The notes under the pieces were generated by a model. It was given only the letters and a program-made list of their open reading frames with translations, was not told the origin of the DNA and did not search any database. The position numbers and the translations under genes are program-made. A stretch of 64,000 nt of DNA from Pristiophorus japonicus (lineage: Eukaryota), in NCBI RefSeq assembly GCF_044704955.1, contig NC_091980.1:255068001-255132000 (forward strand), read 5' to 3'. Of this stretch, positions 24,255-38,134 are shown in pieces (the stretch's first letter is position 1; every line of letters begins with the position of its first letter).

Positions 24255-25369
24255 TTATTGTTCCACTTCAGTTTGTGTTTGTGAAACTAGCAGACCTTCA
24301 CTTTGTCCTTCTGAATCCATTGCAAGAAGTGCTTCTACAGTTTCAAAGGGAACACCATCAGGTGTTCGTATGTGCATTGTAGTACCATCAGCATTAGTTA
24401 CTATAACAATGCCTTCAGATGTCTGTGACACAACAGCCGTTCCTTCATGTGACACAATTAGTCCCTCGGAGGTTTGAATGAAGATCTGTTCGTGTCCCTG
24501 AGCCAACAATTCCTGACTTCCAACAGGTAGTTGAAATTCTAATGCTCCATCTTCTGTCATTGTGCTTTCTAGAATATCTTCTGAACCCTCCTGATTTCTC
24601 TGATCAGCATTCTGTTCAAAGTGAGCAATTATTTTAGTTTGACTGGTGACTTGCAATCCATTCATCTCTTCAGAAGATACCTGACTATCAAGATCTACTT
24701 GAGTGGAGATGTCAGTTTCAAAGGTCTGTTCAGTTTGGTGCTGCTGTAAATGATTATTTTCAGTGCTACAAACCTGTTCAATGGGCTCCACATCCCGAGA
24801 CAGAGCCTTCTCAAGCTGCTGCATCTGGTCTGCTATGTCAGAATCATTGAGCTGCTCAGTCTGTTCCTGACTGCCAAGTGGATCCTGGCTGTCCATCTGA
24901 TGCTGTAAATCCTGAACAGAGTTGCTTGTGTCAGAACTTTTTTGGTTGCCCTTAGCCATATCTGAAAGAAGTGAATTCTGACTGGTCATTTCATCCTCTG
25001 ATTGCACTGTGGAAGTTAGCTCAGTATCATTCAGCTGCTCTGGCATATTATGACTAGACAACTGTTCTTCAACCAATTCCTCTGCTGTAATATCAGTGTC
25101 CATAGCTAAAAAATCATCTTGTCCCTGAATAGTATTATTTAGGACTTCATTGTGTGACTCCAACAGGGGGAGTTGAGTACTTGACAGGGTTACTTGAGTT
25201 ACCTGATAACACAATTCCTCAGAAGTAGATTGTTCCACAGAACTGGAATTTTTCATGTTATTCCCAGAAAGTAATACTGTATGCTTATCTACTACCTGAA
25301 CAGCAGCTGGTCCATACATTGTATGTGTATCACAAGCATTCAGCGCAGGGCATTCAGTTTGTTTCTGGC
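24255..25369 (-). CDS. ZNF839: ZNF839 coding exon 8 (terminal; acidic/Q-rich)
   Basis: tttttgtag acceptor at 25371-25370; phase 1 continues exon 7; long open frame to TAA. Confidence 0.85.
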
Positions 25370-26087
25370 CTACAAAAAACACATACACATTAGTGTAAGT
25401 AAAGCAGTTAAATACAGCATACAATCTAATGTAGCCGCATGTATACAATGACACCAAGAAAGTTCCTACAACTGGAGTCACTATAGTAACACATTGAATT
25501 TTCAATCACCTTCTTTGTCACTCTCCACCCACCCAATAAAAATTCCAGTTCACCAAATTGGTATTTGTTCCTTATTACACCTGTAACAGCATTTCATTCC
25601 TGATCAGTTATCGGCTATGAAATGCAGAAGCTAGAAATTTCACAAAACTACTTTCCTTCTATGTAAAATGTCTATTGAATTATACCAGACTGGCCCAGGT
25701 CTACGAGGGAAAATGATTTCCTAGTTTGGTTTGAGAAGCAACTCCAATCAGTAACATTTTTAAAGATGTACAACATTTCTAAAAAATTAAAAGAGAGGGG
25801 ACACAATACAGGAGTTCAGAACACTGTCCTTGATCATCTTCGAAAATCCAACACAGCCTAATGTGCAAGTGTAATTAGTTTGGGCTGCCTCTATCTAGCT
25901 CCTAGTAGGCACAAATTCCCAGTATGGTTGACTTTTTTTGGCATCAAATTGTCATTCCCCCTTAGAGGTGTCATAAGGATGTCACACCTGATTTAGTAAT
26001 GTGCTTCTGAAGATGGGATTAAGGTATATTATTTCTGCAGAGTGTGGGTGCTTTGTCCTGCATCTAAATCAGATCTGGGAGTACTCA

Positions 26088-26212
26088 AAGCAAAATAGTG
26101 CAGATACTAGAAATCTGAAATTAAAACAGAAAATGCTGGAAACACTCAGCAGGTCAGGCAGCATCTATGCAGAGAAACAGAGTTAATGTTTCAGGTTGAT
26201 GACCTTTCGTCG
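26088..26212 (-). mobile_element. Penelope-like terminal fragment (degenerate hammerhead core)
   Basis: Homologous to 5669-5796. Confidence 0.7.
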
Positions 26213-26667
26213 TTCTGTTCGGTTTTTATTGAAATCATCCTACAGTTGTTGACAATAATAAATTGAAAGCCAGTGAGCAACAGAAACACCAATACAGAGA
26301 CATTATTACAGAAACATTAAAAGGTACAAGAAGATATAAAATGGGTGCTGATTAGAATAAAAGTTGTTAGGATAACAGAAATAAAAGACGATTGTAAAAT
26401 AATTTTTTTTCTGCACTTGCATGCTGCGATCTCAGCTGTAGGGTAATGGGATGATAAGCTGTACCATTAAGAAAATGTTGTTTTCCACTACATACAGATT
26501 TATGCACGGCAACTGTTCATGGAAACCATTACAGAAAAATCAGAACCAAAACATGAAATATCTAAAAAATCTAAAAATAATTAAAATCTAAGAAATACTT
26601 GAGAACTGGAAGAAATTAATCAAAGAGCTAGAGCAGAAAAGGCTCGAGTTATGAAAGGAAATCTCTC

Positions 26668-26690
26668 GGGGGGGGGGGGGGGGGGGGGGG
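26668..26690 (+). repeat. Poly-G run (23 G)
   Basis: Direct reading. Confidence 0.9.
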
Positions 26691-26739
26691 AAAGGTCAGC
26701 AGACAAACTACTGTACGACAGAAGGCCTGTCTCCTTTAC

Positions 26740-28150
26740 TACAACAACAACAACTTGTATTTATATGGCGCTTTTAATGTAGTAAAATGTCCCAAGGTGC
26801 TTCACAGGAGCACTATCAAACAAAATTCGACACAGAGCCGCATAAGGAGGTATTAGGGCAGATGACCAAAAGCTTGGTCAAGGAGGTAGGTTTCAAGGAG
26901 CGTCTTAAAAGGAGGAGAGGTAGAGCGGCTAGAGGTTTAGGGAGGGAATTCTGGAGTTAGAGTCTAGACAGCTGAAAGTACGGCCATCCATGGTGGAGCA
27001 AATAGGGGATGTGCAAAAGGCCAGAGTTTAAGAAGGGCAGATATCTTGGAGGGCTGTAGAACTGGAGGAAGTTAGAGAAAAAAGGACGAGGCCATGGAGG
27101 GATTTATAAACAAGGATGAGAATTTTAAAAATGAGGCACTGCCAGACCAGAAGCTTGTATAGGTCAGCAAGCAGAGGTGATGGGGTGAATGGGACTTGGT
27201 ACAAGTTAGGATATGGGCAGCAGAGCTTTGGATGAGCTCAAGTTTATGAAGGGTGGAAGATGGGAGGCTGGCCAGGAGAGCATTGGAATAATCAAGCCTA
27301 GAGGTAACAAATGCATGGATGAGGGTTTCAGCAGCAGATGAGCTGAGGTAGGGTCGAAATCAGGTGGCATTGCGGTGATGGCAGCAGCAGTGGTCGGAAG
27401 CTCATCTCGGGGTCAAATGGTCTGGTTCAGCCTCAGATAGTTGCCAGGGAGAGGGTTGGAGTCAGTGGCTAGGGAATGGAATTTGTGGCTGGGACCGAAG
27501 AAAATGGCTTTGGCTTTCCCAATATTTAATTGGAGGAAACTTCTGCTAATCCAGTACTGGATGTCGGTCAAGCAGTCTTGAGAATGGAGAGACCGTGGAG
27601 GGGCCCAGAGAGAGGTGGTGGTGAGGTACAGCTGGGTGTCATCAGCCTATGTGTGGAATTGAATGTTGTGTTTTTCTATGTCGCCGAGAGGCAGCATGTA
27701 GATGAGAAATAGGAACGTGCCAAAGGTAAATCCTTGGGGGACTCCAGAGGTAACCAGAGATTCTCTAGCTACGACTGGATAGATAAGAATGGAACCAGGC
27801 AAGTGCAGCACCACCCAGCTGGACATCGGAGGAGAGGCGTTGGAGATAGATGGAATAGTCAACCGTGTCAGAGGCTGCAGGCAGGTCGAGAAGGACAAGG
27901 AGGGATAGTTTACCACGGTCATAGTCAGATAGAATGTCATTTGTGACGGATAATGGCAGTTTCAGTACTGTGGCAGGGTGGAAACCTGATTGAAGGGATT
28001 CAAACATAGAGTTCCAGGAAAGATGGACACAGATTTGGGAAGCGACAGCATGTTCAAGGACTTTGGAGAGGAAAGGGAGATTGGAGATGGGCCGGTAGCT
28101 TGCAAAGACAGAGAGGTCAAGGGTTCTCTTTTTGAGGGGTGATGACCGCA
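26740..28150 (-). mobile_element. L2-like LINE 3' half
   Basis: QSGFH..VTNDIL..LLVLLDL.AA.DTVD, GVPQG..FLFLIYMLPLG; (GTT)n tail. Confidence 0.88.
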
Positions 28151-28526
28151 GATCCGCTACCCGCTAAGTTAACCACTTTTAATTGGTCCCTTCGGTGGTC
28201 AACTGTGTGAGATTTACTGCAATTAAGTTCCACTTCTTTGTAATGTCTTATATGAAGCTCGGACAGTGTTCACAACATGGAAGTTTCAAGAAAACCAGCA
28301 TGCCCTGATCCATATCTAGGCTATCGATCATAAATGGTTGGGGCTAGGTGCTAAAACTCTATTTCAGGGAACGGAGGACTGCTGCACGTGGCTTGAGTAC
28401 CAAGTGCATGCATTATCAGCAGCTGGGTTTCTTATCCTGTCGTTCCCAATTAATGGTAAGCAATTACAATGTTACACCAGAATGATTGTCTAAATGTAAA
28501 ATTATTGACAATATATACAATGTTAC

Positions 28527-28665
28527 CCGCTTCAGTAGTTATGCTTTGTAACTGTACTTCTCCAGTGATCTCTATTCCATTTTGGCTAAAGTCGTTTTCA
28601 GTTCCTGCTATTGAGTCATCTAGTTTCATTCGTTTTGATGAAGGGGATAAGGTTCCAAAGTCTCT
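28527..28665 (-). CDS. ZNF839: ZNF839 coding exon 7
   Basis: RDFGTLSPSSKRMKLDD...SQNG; AG/GTAACA sites; phase 0 to phase 1 bridges exons 6 and 8; contains NLS-like KRMK. Confidence 0.75.
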
Positions 28666-28967
28666 CTTTTTAAAAAAAAAGCAAACAGATCATTTTAAAA
28701 GGAAACATTAATTGTACGTTTCTCAATATATTTCTCAAGGGAGGTTCATCACGAAACAGTATTTGAAGTAACAGTAACGGACTGTTCAGGCTGCTGATTA
28801 ATGTCCTAATGTTGAACAGAATAGTGACGCTGAGTATGCAAACTCACAGATTTTAGTTCTGGTACTAATTAAGAACACTACTGCTGAAGAGAGAAAAGTC
28901 AAAGGTTTCACAAGTCTAAAAGTGGCACAGAAGAGCAAATTGCCTTTTCTTTGTTCCTACTGATATT

Positions 28968-29712
28968 TAACAACAACATGCATTTATACAGCACCTTTAA
29001 TGTAGTAAAACATCCCAAGGCACATCACAGGAGCGTTATCAAACAAAATTTGATAGTCAAGCCACATAAGGAGATATTAGGACAGATGACAAAAAGCTTG
29101 GTCAAAGAGTTAGGTTTTAAGGAATGTCTTAAAGAAGGAAAGAGAAATAGAGAGGCAGAGAGATTTATGGAGGGAACTGCAGAGCTTAAGGCAGCTGAAG
29201 GCACGGCTGCCAATGGCCAATGGTGGAGCGATTAAAATTGGGGATGCGCACGAGGCCAGAATTGGAGAAGGGCAGATATTTCGGAGGGTTGTAGAACTGG
29301 AGCAGGTTACAGAGATAGGGATGGGCGAAGCCATGGAGGGATTTGAAAACAAGGATGAGAATTTTAAAATCGAGGCATTGCTTAAACAGGAGCCAATGTA
29401 GGTCAGCGAGCAGAGGTGATAGGTGAATGGGACTTGGTGCGAGTTTGGATATGGGCAGCTTAAGTTTATGGAGGGTGGAAGATAGGAGGCCAGGAAAGCA
29501 CTGGAACAGTCAAGAGGTAACAAAGGCTTAGGTGACGGTTCCGCAGCAGATGAGTTAAGGCAGGGGTGGAGTCGGTCAATGTTACGGAGGTGGCAGTAGG
29601 CAGTCTTCGTGATGGCATGGATGTGTGGTTGGAAGATCATCTCGGGGTCAAATACGACCTCAAGGTTGAAAACCGTCTGATTCAGCCTCAGACAGTTGCC
29701 AAGGAGAGGGAT
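28968..29712 (-). mobile_element. L2-like LINE 3' fragment
   Basis: FQPHIHAITKTAYCHLRNI.RL; same tail family as 26740. Confidence 0.85.
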
Positions 29713-30117
29713 TTAAAGAATTAATACCAGCTATTGTGACACAACAATCATTTAACGAGTTATATCAGAAATGAACATTTTAATGCACGTTCCATAATAT
29801 TGTTGACCTACTTTGAGGAAATCGGGATACTCATTCATGTGTTCAAATGAAATGCATCACAAGAAAGCATGAAAGAGAAAGAGGCTAATTAATCTATTAA
29901 ACCAGTTTTTTTGCACATATACAATTTGTCCCCATCATGAAGTCGCCCAAATATATCTCGCAAGAGACACGAGTAACCACAACAGCTTGCACTTACATTG
30001 TGCTTTTACAGAGGGGAAGAGAGAAACCGATGCCAAGCCAGTAAGACAGGCAAAACTTCTATGATAAGCTTTGAAATTTCTGTCAAACACCTCCCTAAAA
30101 TAATTCAGCTAATTTTG

Positions 30118-31392
30118 TTTTAATCATTCACAGGATGTGGGCATCACTGGCAAGGCCAGCTTTATTGCCAATCCCCAAATGCCCTCGAGTGGTGGTGAGC
30201 TGCCTTCTTAAACCACTGCAGTCCTTGTGGTACAGGTACTCCCAGTGCTGTTCAGTAGGGAGTTCCAGGATTTTGACGCAGCGTCAATGAAGGAACGGCA
30301 ATATATTTCCATGTCAGGATGGTGTGTGACTTGGAGGGGAACTTGGAGGTGATGGTGCTCTCATGCGCCTGCTGTCCTTGTCCTTCGAGTGGTAGAGGTT
30401 GCGTGATTGGGAGGTGCTGACCAAGAAGCCTTAGTGAGTTTCTGCAGTGCATCTAATAACTGGTACACAATGCAGCCACTGTGCACTGCTGGTGGAGGGA
30501 GTGAATGTTTAAGGTGTTGGATGGGGTGCCAATCAAACAGGTTGCTTTGTCCCAGATGGTGTCGAGCTTCTTGAGTGTTGTTGGAGCTGCATTCATCCAG
30601 GCAAGTGGAGAGTATTCCATCACACTCCTGACTTGTGCCTTGTAGATGGTGGAAAGGCTTTGGGTATCAGGAGGTGAGTCACTCGCCACAAAATATCCAG
30701 CCTCCAACCTGCTCTTGTAGCCACAGTATGTGTGTGGCCGGTCCAGTTAAGTTTCTGGTTATTGATGGTGGGTGATTTGACAATGGTAATGCGATTGAAT
30801 GTCAAGGGAAGGTGGTTGGACTCTCGCTTGTTGGAGATGGTCATTGTATGGCGCAAATGTTACTTGCCACTTTTCAGCCCAAGCCTGAAGGTCTTCTAGG
30901 TCTTGCTGCATGTGGGCACAGGCTGCTTCATTATCAGAGGGGTTTCAGATGGAACTGAACACTGTGCAATCATCAGCGAACATCCCCACTTCTGCCTTAT
31001 GGTGGAGGGAAGGTCATTGATGAAGTAGCTGAAGATGGTTGGGCCTAGATACTACCCCAAGGAACTCACGCAGCGATGTCCTAAGGCGGAGATGATTGAC
31101 CTCCAACAACCACAACCATATTCCATTGTGGTAGGAATGACTCCAACCAGTGGAGTGTTTCCCCCCCCGATTTCCATCAATTTCAATTTTACCTGGATGC
31201 TCCATTTAGTCAAATGCTGCCTTGATGTCAAGGGCAGTCACTCTCACCTCACTTCTGGAATTCAGCTCTTTTGTCCATGTTTGAACCAAGGCTGTATTGA
31301 GATCTGGAGCCGAGTGGTCCTGGTGAAACCCAAAAGTGAGCGTCGGTGAGCAGGTTATTGGTGAGTAAGTGCCGCTTGATAACACTGTCGAC
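30118..31392 (-). mobile_element. Non-LTR retrotransposon RT 3' fragment (distinct CR1-group family)
   Basis: QSLSTIYKAQVRSVMEYSPLAWMNAAPTTLKKLDTI; exact clade not determined. Confidence 0.8.
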
Positions 31393-31394
31393 GA

Positions 31395-31990
31395 AATGTC
31401 TCAAGATGCTTCACAGGAGCATCATTCGACAAAATTTGACACCAAGCCACATAAGGAGCTACAAGGACAGGCGAGAGGTAGGTTTTAATGATGTCTTAAA
31501 AGGAGGGAAGAGAGATAAAGAGCCAGAGGTTTAGCGAGGGAATTCCAGTGCTTGGGGCCCAGGTAGCTGAAGGCACGAACGCCAATGCTGGGATGAAGGA
31601 AATAAGGGATGCCAGAATTAGAGAAACGCAGAGTTCTCAGATGGTGTAGGGATGGAGGAGGACACAGAGTTAGGGAGAGGCGAGGCCATGGAGGGATTTG
31701 AATATAAGGATAAGAATGTTAAGTCTGAGGTGTTGCCGAGCTGGGAGGCAACATAGGTCAGTGAGCACAGGGATGATTGGCGAATGGGACTTGGGGAGAG
31801 TTAGGCAGCAGAATTTTGGATGAGTTTGAGTTTCCAGTGGGTGGAATAGTCAAGGCTGGAGGTGACAAAGGCATGGATGAAAGTTTCACTCGCAGATGGA
31901 CTAAGGCAGGGATGGATGCACACAATGTTATGGAGGTGGAAATAAGGGTTCGAAACTCAGATTGGGGTTGAACAGAACAGAGCCTGACAG
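31395..31990 (-). mobile_element. Degenerate L2-like fragment
   Basis: Similar to 26790-27430. Confidence 0.7.
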
Positions 31991-32335
31991 TCTGGTGCAT
32001 GTTGTTGTTTTAAGGTATTGCCAAAGCAAAACATACATGCGTTGAAAGATGTGATTTTAAAGAGGGTATATTCCCCTCACTAGCTCCTTTCCCCTACAGT
32101 TACTGTTTCAGTGAACCTGAATTCCTGTTTTTCAGATATTAAACCTCATTGTCTATTTAAGCAGAGGTTAATATTTAATGATGGCAAATTATTAAAAATT
32201 AGCATTGGTCTTCCGACACAGTCATCATTGTTTGATAGAGAGTTTGATACTGCAACTGCAGTGAGCAGCTACTCTAGACGACGGAAGCCAATATAGATAT
32301 CACGGCATTGCATTGAATATTTAATTTTCATATAC

Positions 32336-32476
32336 CTCCATGATATGCTTTTCTCCAGATGATGAATTTAGATGGTTTTGGTCATCCATAGTTACTAATC
32401 TGTAGGTCAGAGACATGCTTGCATCTTGCTGGTTTTCTTTGTTCATATACTCAGTTATTCCTAATGACTCAGCAAC
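32336..32476 (-). CDS. ZNF839: ZNF839 coding exon 6
   Basis: VAESLGITEY... (conserved ZNF839 motif); 141 nt, phase 0-0; tttcag and GTATAT sites. Confidence 0.88.
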
Positions 32477-33469
32477 CTGAAACATTTATGGGAAAAAATG
32501 TGAGCTATAATTTCCTTCTGTTCAATTCATAAAACTGTTGCAATGCTACACACTTATTTACTCACTACTCATTAACTCTGGCAACATTTTGAAGTAAAGA
32601 TGTGTTCTCATTTGCACTGAATATTGTGGCAAATAGCAGATCTTCGATAGAAAGTATTAAAAACATGTGAAATATCCATGGCTAAATTCTGCAGGCTTTG
32701 AGCAGGTATTTGACTCGATGTGGAAAGATGGTAACTGGGAGTTGCTGCAACTCTTGTGAAATAGCTACAATACCAAACTACTAAAGGAGATCAACAAGAT
32801 AACCAAGACCTGTGTAAAGAATGAAGAAAGTGTCATAATGATTTAAGCAAAGAGAAGAGTCTGATAGGATTGCATATCATCCATCTTGGACTATATATTT
32901 TAACCTAGACAATGGAAGTAATCAGTGAGACCTAAATTGCAAGGATTGACTGGTATCTGTTACGAATCTGTGGTAAACAGACATCCTTGCTTACTGCCAT
33001 AATGCTGAGGAAACGAAGTGGGGTTTGCAGCAGTTTTCAAAAGCAAGGATATGTGGCTAGTACAAATAAGAATTCAGAAGTATGAAACACTGAAGGAAGT
33101 TATTATGTTAGAATAGTTCCAGTGAAGGGAATTCATCCAGGTTGCTTGAGGTGAAAGTAAAGTTAAATTATTTAGAAAATTGATTGCCGAGTGAAGGGAA
33201 AAGGACAAAAACAGCGAAGACACAGGTTATTCTATATTGAAAAAAGAGGAATATTAGAGGGTATGGGGAAACAAGCAGAGGAGTGGGATTAAATAATACA
33301 ACCCATGTAGAGAAAATCACCAACACAGATAACCTGTTTCTGTGCTGGAACATTCTATGATTCTACCGAGGAATATTTTTGATAGAATTATAGAAATCAA
33401 ATCAGCAGGATACGAATAGGAGTTTGAACAAGGATAGTGCACAATACTTCTGGATGGTGCTGAGAGTTG

Positions 33470-34175
33470 GTCCCCAATGATGACACAGAAGCAAAGGCTA
33501 TATTGTTTTTGGACAACATTGGTGCAGAAATCGCAGTCGGAGGCTTCCTGCATGTGGATGCCTCCAACCTGCAAAATTTCTACGAACTGACTTGGTGGTC
33601 CGGGAGGTTCGGAGACTTGCAGTCCTGGCCTCTATGTGAAGGCCTGCGTAGAGGCCCACGTATCCCACGGATGTAGGCGCTTCGCATGTGTCCCTCGGAT
33701 CACATGGGTTGGCCCAACGGTATGTACCGAATCATCATAAATATAAATGGGAATGCCCCCCAAAACACACAAATACTTAAAATACATTTTAAAAAACCAT
33801 CACATTTAAAATCAAAATGGAATTTAATTTAAAACAAAAATTTAATTTTTTGAAAAATAAATTTACATATTTTAAAGGATTTAAAAATAAACTTACTTTA
33901 TCTTAGGTTTTTAAAATGTTTAAATTGACAAAAATTTATTTTTCTGTCCTTCAAAAGTCTTACGCTGATAAAAGCAGGCCTTACGCCTTCAGTCATAAGA
34001 ATTTCAAGGGCATTTGTGGGCAGAAGTTGGTCAAATAGCAAGAGGATTCTTGAAAGATCTAAAGTTCCGGGATTAGGCGCATGCGCAGTGCATGCCTAAA
34101 CCCGGAACTTGTGGGGCCCCTGCAGGCACGAGCACACCTCATACATGCCCGTAAGGGCCGCGAATTCAGGGCCAT
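33470..34175. mobile_element. Possible non-autonomous DNA transposon remnant
   Basis: GC-rich arms around an AT-rich core, ending GAATTCAGGGCC; the terminal inverted repeats are poor. Confidence 0.3.
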
Positions 34176-34467
34176 TATGTAAAGAGATATTTAGTATCAG
34201 TTGGGAGAACAGAGTGGCCAAAGTTAGAGTATCAAAAGGAGTCCTGTAACAGAACATGCTACAATAAGACTGCAACAGGTAAGGCACATGTCCCATATAA
34301 ATGGTAAACCTTCGTCGAAAGAGGCAGAACTGATTCGACATGGGAAAAGACTGAATGGTAGTCTAAAACAGATGCTGGGAAATCTGTACAAAAACAACTG
34401 TTGGGGAGGATGGCAACTGGTAAACAGCTAAAGGAGCTAGCACAGTATTCTGGCATCTTTGACCAGC

Positions 34468-34748
34468 CTTGGTTACTTGTAGACTTGTCGATTCCAATGC
34501 TCTCCTGGCCAGCCTCCCATCTTCCACTCTCCATAAACTTGAGCTCATCCAAAACACTGCTGCCCATATCCTAAGTCCCATTCACCCATCACCCCGTTCC
34601 CGCTGACCTATCTCGACTCCCGGTCTGGCAGTGCGTCGATTTTAAAATTCTTCTCCATGGCCTCTCCCCTCGCTATCTCAGTAATCTCCTCCAGCCCTAC
34701 AACCTCACTTCCTTTCCCCACCATAGGCATCTCTGCACTCCTCCAATT
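34468..34748 (+). mobile_element. L2-like fragment
   Basis: Similar to 7765-8040. Confidence 0.7.
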
Positions 34749-35244
34749 AATTTATGTTTGGTCCAAACTGTGGCCTTAGTGTGAGTCAAATGACCCTGAA
34801 AGACACCTAAAGGTTCCCTTGTTGGAAAAATGATTGAGGTGCTTTATTCTCATTTAACCTGTGCTTCATTTGGATACTCAAGTGCATAAAATATAACACT
34901 TAGGCTTAATGAGAATCTCAAGGTTACTGGTTATGGGTTTGAATTGCAAGAAAACAGCACATGGCAGACTTAACACAAAATGATCCAGCAGAAAATATTT
35001 TTTCTGCCTTAGAAGTTGAGATATGTATGTAAACAATGAATAAGCACTAGTATTTGGCAAAAAAGTCAAAATATTCACCACCACCAAAACAGGTGTCAGT
35101 AGCTGCCAATAAAAGACAACTCCAGCAAATTTATTTCAGAATTAATTATTCATATGCATATTTGATGGTCCTCAACTAACTTCATGCAAAAACTGGACAA
35201 TGGCATGAGAGGTAGAAAAAAAATTTAAAGAACGAAATCTTTTA

Positions 35245-35445
<201 letters not shown>

Positions 35446-37539
35446 CTAGGATTTCAGCATTAAACATGAAAATCCAGCTCTTCTGGAGAGCAAAATCTAT
35501 TGCTTATATGACTTCAGTGTTTAAAGATTTAAACAGTATAATTGTTATAACATGCAACACAAAAGAGTAACTATAACTATTGTACAACGTAATAGCATTT
35601 CAAAGTTATTGCTCAAGTGAGAATTCTGTTATGTGCACTAGTTTCCCAACAGGCCGAAGTTCCTGATTCATAGCAGATTTTCTTTCAAACCCACAAAGTA
35701 TTTTCGTTACTAAAACAAAACCTTGGGAGATGTGTGAACAACCTTAAAGGAGCATTCCTTCATAATGGGCTCCTAGATACCAAGACCATTAATAATTTGG
35801 AAGCATATAATTCAGCTGCTGTTACTGTGGCGACCACTGAACTTGTAACTCGAAATGCAAGTTGTGCTCAAACATTCCACCTGTCAAAAGAGTTCAAATA
35901 AAAAGAAAAAATTACAAATGTAGAAAAAACAGATCAATCAGTATCTGTAAAGTGAAGAGACTAGTTAATGTTTTGGGTATAACTATTCATCAGAGAAAAT
36001 AAGTTACACCTGAAACATTAATTTTCCTTTTTACAGATAACTGATCTCTTGTGCATTCTTAGCATTTCTGTTTTTGCTCCATCTACCAAAAGACTTTAAG
36101 GTGTCGGGTATATACCATTCAGAAGCCCTTTAAAATCTTTGTGAACACAAACTTGTCACAATATTAAAAGGTTTCTGCTCATAAAAAGTGTTTTGTGCTG
36201 AAGGGGTGGCAGTACGAGGCGAGAAAAAGCACTACAGAACAATCATGTAACTGCCATACATACCCACAATGTGGTTTGCAATCAGAGGGGCCATCATGAT
36301 GGGAGAAATTCATCCATAAGGAAGGAGATTTAAGTAAGACAAAAATTGGCAATCAACCCAGACCATTTTGGCTGAGGCTCGGTTTGCATCCAAAACCAAG
36401 GTAAAAGGAAATAGGTTCATATTTTAACTAAAGGAAAGGTCATATACTGGAATTACAGACAGACTGCATACATTATCCCTCTGCTTTTAGCAGATTTTTT
36501 TTTTGAGGGGGAGGGGAGAGAAGCAGTTAGGAAGAAAAGTCAGAACTCCTCACCTTAATTACTAGGTCCACCATTTTGAGTACAGCACCACAGGGTGGCA
36601 GCTTTCATGAAACCATCACAGCTGACGTACTGCTAACAATTCTCACCGAGGATTCTGTTTCGGTCACCATTATTTCCAGTTTGCGATAAGGGTGGAAAGA
36701 CTTGCAAAATGGTGGATTTATGAATAACTTGTGAATTGAGGGAGGTTACATGCACACATATACACATGCACACTTGGTTTTTAAATTAAAAGTAGATCTT
36801 TGTTTAGGGTCCTCCAGAGCCTGATAAGTCTGCAATATCATGCAGTATTTAATTTGTCTATTTCTAGTGGAGCCAGGAAGGAATGCATCTTTAAGCAACC
36901 ATGAAAATCTTCAGACATTCAACTTTTTATAAATAATAAACCCAAGTAGGAAAAAAAAATTCTCTGAAACAGCATAATGTATCTGTTAAAGTTTCCAATG
37001 CATTGCATGTTACTGTATTTATAATGTTGGATGAATAAAATGATCAACTGCAGATTAATAACTTTCTAAATGGCTTCAGACTACTTGGCCTATTGTGAAA
37101 CCATTATCATGCACTTCAACAATCTTTCACATAAATTAGCATATGAAAAGAAAATTGCTATATGTTTTGTGGACAAATTTGCTTAAGTATTATAATTCGG
37201 ATTATTTTGATAGCTATAGTATTGCTATACTAAAACTTCAATAGCTTTAAGATAATTTTAAACAAAGTATAATTCAGTAATTAAAACAGCCTACATCAAC
37301 TGTATTGGAAAAACAACTTGTGCAGATGTTAGAATGGCAGAAAGTCTGCAATGGTCGACAGTTCTGAGAAATTCGACAGAGGTTATTTTGGGCTTGATAA
37401 CTGAAAGTATTCTGCTCATTTCATTTTTGTGGATGAATTATTAGGAACTGGACTTGAATATTCATTGATTATTTGTGTGAAATTTATTATCCTCCATTAA
37501 TACTCAAACCACAGCTGCTCCAAGGATAATGTGGCTTAC

Positions 37540-37632
37540 CTTCATCAAAAGAAATTCCCAGAGAGTGATGACTTTTGTAAGCCTGGGGAGAGCCAATTCC
37601 ATCAGTTCCTCATCATCACACTGTTTTAGGAG
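37540..37632 (-). CDS. ZNF839: ZNF839 coding exon 4
   Basis: LLKQCDDEELMELALPRLTKVITLWEFLLMK; 93 nt; cactag and GTAAGC sites. Confidence 0.92.
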
Positions 37633-38134
37633 CTAGTGAAAACATAATTTTAATTACTGTGCTGGACAGAAAACATGATATTCAGTTTCTAGCAATTAAG
37701 ATACTATTAGTACATTAGGATATTCATATTTTAATTGAATTATAGTAAACCCACTTAAAGTAGTTATTGCAAGCTGAGATTTCATGCTATTGCTTTGAAT
37801 ATTAAAATGTTCTTGACCCAAACAATTTTGACCGTAAAAGCTGTAACAAGCTTTTGGACAAAACAGTGTTGCAATTTCAATAGGATACTTTCACAACACC
37901 AAAATGAAAATACTATTCTTTACTTAAAATAATGAAACATTAGGTGGGTTTGGGGTCAAAACAATTGGTTAACTAAGCAAGAACAAACAACGTGCATGTG
38001 TAAAGGGGATGAGGTTAATTTTGCAAGAATTGTTTTAGCACAAGATGGAATGTGATAGTGAAAAAATCCCTGGTGTCCAATATACAATCCTTTCCCAATG
38101 TCTTTCAGATGTGCCTGACAAAAAAGATTAAATT

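Noticed and set aside
25370-25505. N-terminal part of the 416-aa ORF as a standalone gene start
   Set aside because: Intronic read-through upstream of the acceptor at 25371-25370; the ORF is the terminal ZNF839 exon
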